This document shows, piece by piece, positions 54,401 through 64,000 of a stretch of 64,000 bases of DNA. Below the pieces are notes generated by a model. It did not search any database, was not told where the DNA came from, and worked only from the letters and a program-made list of their open reading frames with translations. The DNA is taken from the NCBI GenBank assembly GCA_964016885.1, contig OZ024742.1, positions 200,384,001 through 200,448,000 of the forward strand, read 5' to 3'. Both the position numbers and the translations under genes were made by a program. The first letter of the stretch is position 1; the number at the start of each line of letters is the position of its first letter. This DNA comes from Eledone cirrhosa (lineage: Eukaryota).

Positions 54401-55297
54401 TGTCGATATTTCTTTCTAGCTGTCTGCCCTTTTCTCCCCCCCCCCCTCTCTCTCTCTATATATATATACACAATAGTGACTATCACCATCATCAACAACA
54501 ACGTGCCGCCGACGACCTGCCACCACCACTACACAACATTAGCAAGTTTACAACACAACCAGCTCCATCACTCCTACCATCACTATTACAACCACAACAA
54601 CAATCTCATTGCCACCACACCACCATCACTACCACCACATCAAGTGTAGCAAAGTTATCCTCCCTCCCACAACTACTACTACTTCTACTATTACTACTAC
54701 TACCACCACTACCACCACCACCGCCACTACTACTACTACTACTACTACAATGCAATGCCAACCCAAATATCATCATCGGCAGCAACAACATAAGTGAAGA
54801 CAAGGGATCTAATGTTTAAGGAGTTAGCGTGTATAAAGTTGTGGGTTCGATTTTGGGTCCCATCGAAGCGTTGTATTCTTTAACAAGATCTTTCATTCTA
54901 TGTTTCTTTTCGTAATAACATGGTAGAGGGAGACCCTATTATTAAACCACACAAGGCACCTCTTATGAGATGCAACCTCGATGGAGGCCAGCTAAATCTG
55001 CATAAGTGTGAGCTGTAAATTAAAAAAAACAAAAACAACACGAAATAACTCCCACTCCAGCACTCCTACCTCTACCACCACAGCCACCACAACCAGCCCC
55101 AAACAGCACCACAACAACAACACCAAGCCCGTTACATCTAAACCATCCATACATACCTCACAACACCTATATTCCAGATAACTTGTCACAACTCCTCCTT
55201 CTTCACCTCCTCCGCCTTCCTTTTTTGGTTGTTTGTTTTATTCTCACCTTCTCTCTCTCTCTCTCTCCCCCTCTCTCTCTCCCTCTCTCTATTTCTG

Positions 55298-55367
<70 letters not shown>

Positions 55368-55784
55368 ACTCTCTCTCTCTTTATCTATCATCTATCTCTC
55401 TCTTTCTCTCTCTCTATCTCTGTCTTTATCTATCTATCTATCTGTCTATCTTTCCTTCTTTTTCTCTTTCTTTTTTCCTTCATTCTTTCTTTCTTTCTTT
55501 CTTTCTTTCCTTCATTCTTTCTATTCTCAACCGTTCTCTTTCATAAACACCACCACTACCACCACCCTCATCGTAACCATCATTACCACTACCACTACCA
55601 CCAACACCACCACTACCACCATCATAGTATTCACCACCACCACCACCACCACCATCTCCTCACCACCACCACCACCTTTTCATACGTCCATTCATTAAAA
55701 AATAACAAACAAAAAATAAGAGCAAAAAAAAAAAAAAAGAAAGAAAGAAAACTACAACAACAAACAGCACAGAAAATCGTGACA

Positions 55785-55988
55785 ATGGCGCGACTTTCGT
55801 TCGCCCTCGGTGTGGGCGCCTCGTTTCTCTGGGCCCTTCTTCTAGGGGTCACAGCCAGTCCCAATGCATTGAGGGTGTTTAACTATATCATGACAACTAA
55901 GGAGTACAACAAGCTCATCAGACCGTCCGGAGAAAACAACATACTTGTTGTCCGGCTAGGACTAAGGATATCACAACTAATACGAGTT
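55785..55988 (+). CDS. First coding exon of a nicotinic acetylcholine receptor-like (Cys-loop ligand-gated ion channel) subunit; gene continues beyond the window
   Basis: ATG in acaATGG context; signal peptide MARLSFALGVGASFLWALLLGVTA; then SPNALRVFNYIMTTKEYNKLIRPSGENNILVVRLGLRISQLIRV (nAChR YN..IRP and GL.lSQLI.V motifs); phase-0 donor GTAAGT at 55989, at the conserved QLIDV|DE intron position. Confidence 0.9.
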
Positions 55989-56592
55989 GTAAGTATTTAC
56001 TTATGCTTACACATACACACACACATACACACACACATACACACACATACACACACACATGCACACACATACATGCAGATACACACTCACGCACATACAC
56101 ACACACACTCATGCACACACACACTCATGCACACACATACACACACAGACGAACTAATATGTATGTATACATATGTATACCATACCATATATATGTACAC
56201 ACACACACAACACACACACACATACACACACACACACACACATATATATATATGAAGGATTCGGGACCATTAAAACATAGTATCATTAACTGAATGAGAA
56301 CTCAATACTTGTAAACTGAGTGTAAATTATATTTTCGGTTGAGAAAAGTGGCAGTGAGTTCGAAGTTCCAGCGTGGCTGCTTCGTTTACTCGTTACAAAT
56401 ATGTAACCCGTACATTATAGAACCGTATATAAAAAAAAGTATATATAATGTGTATATGTATAATAAACATATATGACACTCCGATACTTGTGTATGTTTA
56501 TTATACACACACGTATAGAATGTTTTCATATGGACCTCTATTATGAAATACGCTGTGGTAGTATTACTACTAATACACACGGTAATACACGC

Positions 56593-56644
<52 letters not shown>

Positions 56645-57309
56645 TTGTTTTGCTAGGTTTTGATATGAAATCGTGTGTTGAAACAAATATTGTTTGACCC
56701 TCCCCAAATATAACAATAAGTATATATATATATATAGGAAAAAAGTAAGGACCCCGATGGCTGAGCTCCGGCCGTTTCGCAGCTAGATCCGAACTATATA
56801 TACATACCAGTGCCGGATTATATATATATATATATATATATATACATGCATATATATCCATATACATGCCAGTGCCGGATGAACCTAGTAGCAAGGGTAA
56901 TATTTAATACAAACCCCGTATTTTCAGGGTACCCTACACTAATGGCTTTATAGTACGATACAAACTCTATCATATTAAAAAAAAAAAATAATAGATTCCC
57001 TTTACAGTATATGCTAGAGGGCTCACTGTAATCTAATCCAGTAGTGATGCACACACGTGTGTATATATAGGTTATTTGTTGTTATTTTCTCTCCGAACTT
57101 TACATGTGTTTGTCTTCTGTCCACAGCCGTGTATTAATCGAATTATTAGTTGTCACTCCCAGACATCGAACTCATTTTATGTATCATTATGTGTTGATCG
57201 GGTTAAATCCGATATATTGACTCGTATTTCATTCGTGTAACAACACACACACTCACATATAAATATACGAATATATATATACATACATATATATATATAT
57301 ATATATAAA

Positions 57310-57540
57310 GGCTGTTTAAAATTAGGGTGCGTCCTCGAAGACGAAGCGTCTTCGGCACCGGGAAATATATATACTGTATTTCCCGGCGCCGAAGACGCTT
57401 CGTCCTCGAGGACGTACCCTAATTTTGATAACCAAAAAAAAAAAAAAAAATAATAATAAACAGCCTTCGGCCTCCAGGACTCGTGGTAGATTTTTGAGAC
57501 TTATTTTAGGAAAGAAGTAGCGTCTTCGGGAAATACGGTA
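57310..57540. mobile_element. Tc2/pogo-type MITE (57372-57540) plus adjacent inverted partial copy
   Basis: TIR TACTGTATTTCCCG / CGGGAAATACGGTA; 57319-57368 is the inverse of 57376-57424. Confidence 0.65.
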
Positions 57541-57965
57541 AATACGGTAAATATATACAATATATGTGTGACGATGATTACAACCTTAACAAATTAAGCG
57601 AAAAGCCTTCAAATGTTTTTCAAAAACATCCCGTATATTATCTAATATACAATACATACATTCATATATATATACCCATATATATACATCTAACTTCGAT
57701 TAAACTCCAAATTTATATATACTCCGCACCCCCACACACACATACGTACACACACACACACATATATATATATGTACATACATATGCCCATATAAATATA
57801 TGCGCATACAGACATATCCCAGGTGATACGAGACCCGTATATATATATATATATATATACACACACGCACATATGTATATACACAAGCAAATATATATAG
57901 GTATATGTGTGTATGTATATAGATTTATGTGCACCTGTCTGTATATATATTATATACATACACAC

Positions 57966-58000
<35 letters not shown>

Positions 58001-58075
58001 TACAAACATGCATGTTTGAATTCATGCATTCATCGATCCATCCATACAAACACGTTATATTCTGTTTACATTGCG

Positions 58076-58106
<31 letters not shown>

Positions 58107-58749
58107 GTTTGTCTGCTGTCTGTCTGTCTAACTCTCTCTATATATCCATACACATATATTTATAGATATATTTGTATGTGTGTGCGTAAGTGTGTATATA
58201 TATATATATATACAAACACACACACACTCATATTTACTCTACGGTTTTTATATATTTGATATATATTTATCCTTATCGAGCCCTCTTTGGATTTTAGTCT
58301 TCAAATGTATTATTATTACTATATATATATATATATATATATATATGATATGATATATTTGTGTATATAATCATTTCGTTTTTTTGCTCCCATAAATAAT
58401 ACACAAGGGTCCGATCAAATATTCAGCCATGTGCCCCATGCAAATATAACTCGCCCAAAACAAAGTTGTATAAAACCGAGAGTAGAAGTAAGGACGTTAT
58501 ACGATAGACAGATAAAATTTGATAAAACTTGAAATATTCTCTATTCTGTCCACCAGCGCGTGGGTCCCTATTTGTTTATAATAGTGAGAGATGGGACGAG
58601 GGAGGGATACTGAGGCAGTGACAATGGGAATTTGATTCTATTATGTTCAGTCCTTCATAAATAAACTATTATAAAACACATAATAACATAAATATCACAA
58701 ACGATTTTGTCCGATAGTCTAACGATTCTGTCAAGTGGGGTCCTTGAGA

Positions 58750-60117
58750 GGTACTTTATTTTATCAGTTCCTGACTGACTGGTGAAGGCAAAGTTGACCC
58801 CGGCGGAATTTGAAATCAGAACTATAAGGTAGTTGAACAAATCGAACAAAGCAATTTCTCCGACACTCTAACTATTCAGTCAATCCTCATTTCATTAGTC
58901 ATGAATTGGCAATATCGGTAGGGGGGTCGGACGCCATGCTTTCCAGCATAGTTACGTCCCTTTATAGGTTAACTTTGCCTTTCATCCTTACGGGGTTGAT
59001 AAAATAAAGTACCAGTAATGTACTGGGTATTTGCTGGCCTGGTGCCAAAAGTAGAAACAATTATTAGTCATAAGGAGGGCGGCGGATTGGCAGTATCGGT
59101 AGAGGGTCGCACACCATGCTTCACGATATAGAATTACGATCCTGTATTTTTTGAGTTCAAATCCCGCTGAGGTTAGCTTTGCCTTTCGTCCTTATGTGGG
59201 GCGATAAAATAAAGCACCAGTAACGTACTGGGGGTCGATTTAATCGACTTTCCCCTCTCCCCAAATTTTTGGCCTTGTGCCTAAATCAGAAACCATTATT
59301 ATCCACCAGGTCCCCATATAGAATACAATAAACATTATAAACATAGGGATTAGAATCAGAAACAGATTAGGGTGAATGTCTGATTAGTCTGTATGTAAGT
59401 ACTTTACGTTCTGATTTCAAATTACCCTTTGGACAACTTTCCTTTCATACTACCGGGAATCGATAAAACCCAGTACCATTTATACCTCCACCTCACTCCC
59501 AAATTGCTGTGATTACCAGTAATGCACTCTGGGTAATTGCTGGCCTTGTGCCTAAAGTAGAAGCAATTATTATTAAAGGGGCGGTGAATTGGCAGTATCG
59601 GTAGAGGGTCGGACGCCATGCTTTGACGCATAGAGTTAAGGCCCTTGCCATTCTGAGTTCAAATCCCGTCGAGGTTAACTTTGCCTTTCTTCCTTACGGG
59701 GTCGATAAAATAAAGTACCAGTAATGTCCTGGATAATTGCTGGCCTTGTGCCAATAGTAGAAACAATTATTATTAATATGGCAGAAACAATAGGATACCG
59801 GACAACATGCTTTGCGCTATTTAGTTACATTTCTTTACGATCTGAGTTCAAATCCCGCCGAGGTTAGCTTTGCCTTTCATCCTTAAGGAGGTTGATAAAA
59901 TAAAGTACCAGTAACGCACTGGGGTCGATTTAATCGACTTTCCCCTCCCCCCAAAATTGCTGGCCTTGTGCCAAATGTAGAAACCATTATTATTATTATG
60001 AAATCCCGCCGAGGTTGACTTTGCCTTTCATCCTTACGGGGTCGATAAAATATAGTACCAGTAATGCACTGGGTTAATTGCTGGCCTTGTGCCTAAAGTA
60101 GAAACAATTATTATTAT
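58750..60117. mobile_element. Cluster of about 7 SINE family 1 copies (one minus, the rest plus, head-to-tail)
   Basis: Copies at ~58750-58886 (-), 58903-59065, 59077-59300, 59430-59575, 59578-59772, 59778-59998, 60000-60115 (+). Confidence 0.85.
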
Positions 60118-60624
60118 GAAATAAGCCGGTGTTACAATTAACGGCAGCACGGCACCAATTTTATGGTCGGTATATAAACCATTCTATTAATTTCTTTCTC
60201 ACATTTTTACTCTCTATATCTATATCTCTGTGCGTACCTTTCTGTGTCTATGTGTGTGTGTGTGTTTAGGTGTTGATAACGTGTAACTGTCTGTCTGTCA
60301 GTCAGTTTGTCTGTCTGTCTGTCTGCTTGTCTGTCTGTTAATATCTCGCACGCTTAATCTCTCTGTCTATCTCTCTTCCGCTATTATGAAACTGAAATAA
60401 GACACATACATTATATATATATATATATATAATATACTCACATACATATATACATACACACATACATATATACAGAAACACATACATATATACAATACAT
60501 TAACGCAGAAACGCACACACACATGAATATTCAAAAACACATATATACATCGTTACATATGACTGCACAGAGGAATTCTCTGTTTTGAGTTTGAGTGTGT
60601 GTATGCATATTTGTGCCTCTGTCA

Positions 60625-60673
<49 letters not shown>

Positions 60674-60729
60674 TCTGATGCTCTACCGACTGAGCCATAT
60701 ATATATAAATCTGATGCTCTACCGACTGA

Positions 60730-60769
<40 letters not shown>

Positions 60770-60934
60770 TTCTCTCTCTCCGTCTTTTTTTCTTTCTCTC
60801 CGTCTTTATCTAATTGTCCTTAACACTAAGACTTATTAAAATAATATAAACAATTCACTATCCAGATGGCTTCCAAAAATAATGGTCGCATTTTAAAAGG
60901 GTACGTCAAAGCTTATTTGTAAAACTGTTATATA

Positions 60935-61130
60935 TTGTATTTTGTCTGATGAAGGCATACGATAATTTAATTTGGTATCCCTGAAATATGTATAATGAAA
61001 TAAATATGGTTTTATAAATATAGTTTCCATTTGTTAATATCGTATATCTACTCCAAATACTTGTCGAGTGCTTTATATCAGTTATAAAAATATTTACTTG
61101 TTGTATCCCAACAATTTAAATAGAACTTTT
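60935..61130 (+). mobile_element. Hammerhead-bearing small element (family of 18431-18868)
   Basis: TTTTGT-CTGATGA-AGG...CCT-GAAA-tatgta-TA-ATGAAA. Confidence 0.75.
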
Positions 61131-61335
61131 GCATATATATATATATATATATGTAGTAATAATAATAAATTAGAAGACTAAAATATATATATATATATGG
61201 CTCAGTCGGTAGAGCATCAGACTTATATATATATATATACTGACAGAGGCACAAATATGCATATCAGTTCGACGTCGAAACGACTTGAGCTCTGCCGTTG
61301 GGGTCATACTTTTTCCTATATATATATATATATAT

Positions 61336-61395
<60 letters not shown>

Positions 61396-61396
<1 letters not shown>

Positions 61397-61695
61397 TAAT
61401 TCAAAATATTAACAAAAATAGACATTCGTGTGATCAAGTATATTTTATTAGACATATTTCAGAGGTACTGAGCTAACTTCAACAGTACGTCCTCATCAGA
61501 TAAAATAAGATGATGGTAGTCACTACCATGACTGAATCTTAACCATCTACTATGTCAGGGTATGTCATGCATCATCTTATTTTATCTGATGAGGACCTAC
61601 TGTTGAAGTTAGCTCAGTACCTCTGAAATGTGTATAATAAAATATATTTGATCACACGAATGTCTATTTTTGTTAATATTGTGAATTAATATTAA
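61396..61695 (+). mobile_element. Foldback element with hammerhead motif (61578-61644)
   Basis: ~120-bp inverted arms; TATTTTAT-CTGATGA-gg..tactg/cagta.cc-GAAA-tgtgta-TA-ATAAAATA. Confidence 0.8.
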
Positions 61696-61769
61696 TAACT
61701 CGGGAAAACCAAACTTGTTGAGTGCTTCCAATCTATTGTAAAACTCATTGAACCTTGTTTAACCTTTAA

Positions 61770-62880
<1,111 letters not shown>

Positions 62881-63100
62881 TGTAGGAGGTGAGTAATATT
62901 GTAGAATAATAAAACTATGCATATATCAGATAAGTAGCACTCAACAGTTGGTAGAACTGGAGTATATATTAAAGAAAAAATTAAAAGATGGTTCCATATA
63001 TTTTATTATGCGCATTTCGAAAACAACTTCATCCTGGGACAAAAATTGTGTTCTCATCAGATAAAATAAGGTAACATGATATGAGGCCTAAAAAGACTTG
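62881..63100 (-). mobile_element. Hammerhead-bearing small element; ribozyme motif at 63001-63066
   Basis: Minus strand TTTTAT-CTGATGA-GAAC../..TTTC-GAAA-TGCGCA-TA-ATAAAA. Confidence 0.8.
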
Positions 63101-63684
63101 TGAACAAGAAAGTGTCTAGTCTACATATCACAAAAATATAAGAGTAAGAGAAAAATAGGAAAAATGAAGAAAAGGAAAGAAGAAGGATATAATATATATA
63201 TATATAATATATATATATTATATGCATGCAATAGTGGCCCCGTAGTTTCGAGGGAGTCATATGGGCGCCGTATCGACATACGTGTAAAAATATATACACA
63301 TATCTAATATGTAGACATATAAACTTGCCAGAAAATACGAATTTACCTGTAATCCGAAAAGAAAAAAAAACCGCTTTTCGGATCTAACTCGACCCCGCAT
63401 CAGAAGGCGTACATTAATCCAACCAACCACAAAGGAATATTTTTTTATGGATATATATACCCATTCGCTCTTAGTATTTTTCTGAAATAGGCGTACTAAT
63501 TTGCATATTATTAACGCTCGTGTGGGTAATTAACTAATATATATATATTTAAATTTTTTTTCTCTCCAAACACTTCCTTTTCCTCCGGTTACTCTACCTC
63601 GCCCACACCTTTTTTAAAACTAATTTGTTTTTAATGTCTTTCCACCACTCCCCCCCACACCCTCGGAACTCTCTTCCTGCCCAA

Positions 63685-63815
63685 TTTTCTCCTGATGAAG
63701 GGCTTATGCCCAAAACGTCGTCCCCCCCCACCCCCACTCTCCTCAAACGTGAAACTAATAATAACTTTTGTACAGCCTCTTCGCTTCCACGTTTATTTAT
63801 TTTCTGTTCACCGTC
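63685..63815 (+). mobile_element. Penelope-type repeat with decayed minimal hammerhead
   Basis: CTGATGA-GGGC/GCCC-AAAA(from GAAA)-CGTC; downstream part recurs inverted at 49850-49925. Confidence 0.55.
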
Positions 63816-63886
63816 GCAACTTTAAATATATATATATATATACATATAAATATATGTGTGTGTGTGTGTGTGTATATATATATGTA

Positions 63887-63924
<38 letters not shown>

Positions 63925-64000
63925 ATAAATTTCATTTCAAAATGGCTTCTTCAGTACTAGAACTGTTTTATTCGAAGGAAATCATCAGGAAAGACATTTC

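Noticed and set aside
55233-56255. 340-aa ORF as a whole protein
   Set aside because: Only 55785-55988 is receptor-like; the rest is microsatellite read-through on either side of the exon

Overview
Eukaryotic, AT-rich and repeat-dominated DNA, most consistent with a coleoid cephalopod (Octopus-like). This is inferred from the dense (TA)n/(CA)n/(TATC)n microsatellites and two abundant tRNA-derived SINE families. The only host gene I can support is the first coding exon (55785-55988, +) of a nicotinic acetylcholine receptor-like Cys-loop subunit; its intron runs past the window end. The rest is mobile DNA: a full-length but dead Helitron (8380-14496, -), a frameshifted Penelope-like retroelement with an inverted pseudo-LTR (35898-38640), two copies of one RTE LINE (2781-4947 and 42709-45337), further LINE fragments, DD37D/mariner transposons, MITEs and SINEs. 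Two signals stand out. (1) The two RTE copies are nearly identical except for dense, one-directional A-to-G clusters that break conserved protein motifs. This is the pattern expected if ADAR-hyperedited RNA was reverse-transcribed into the genome, and it appears in layers, with both shared and private edits. (2) At least 15 type I hammerhead ribozyme motifs from about 10 unrelated small element families sit in or beside (TA)n tracts, as foldbacks or longer-than-unit permuted repeats (retrozyme/Penelope-like). All alignments, counts and folds were done by eye and are approximate. Most ORFs in the supplied track are microsatellite artefacts.
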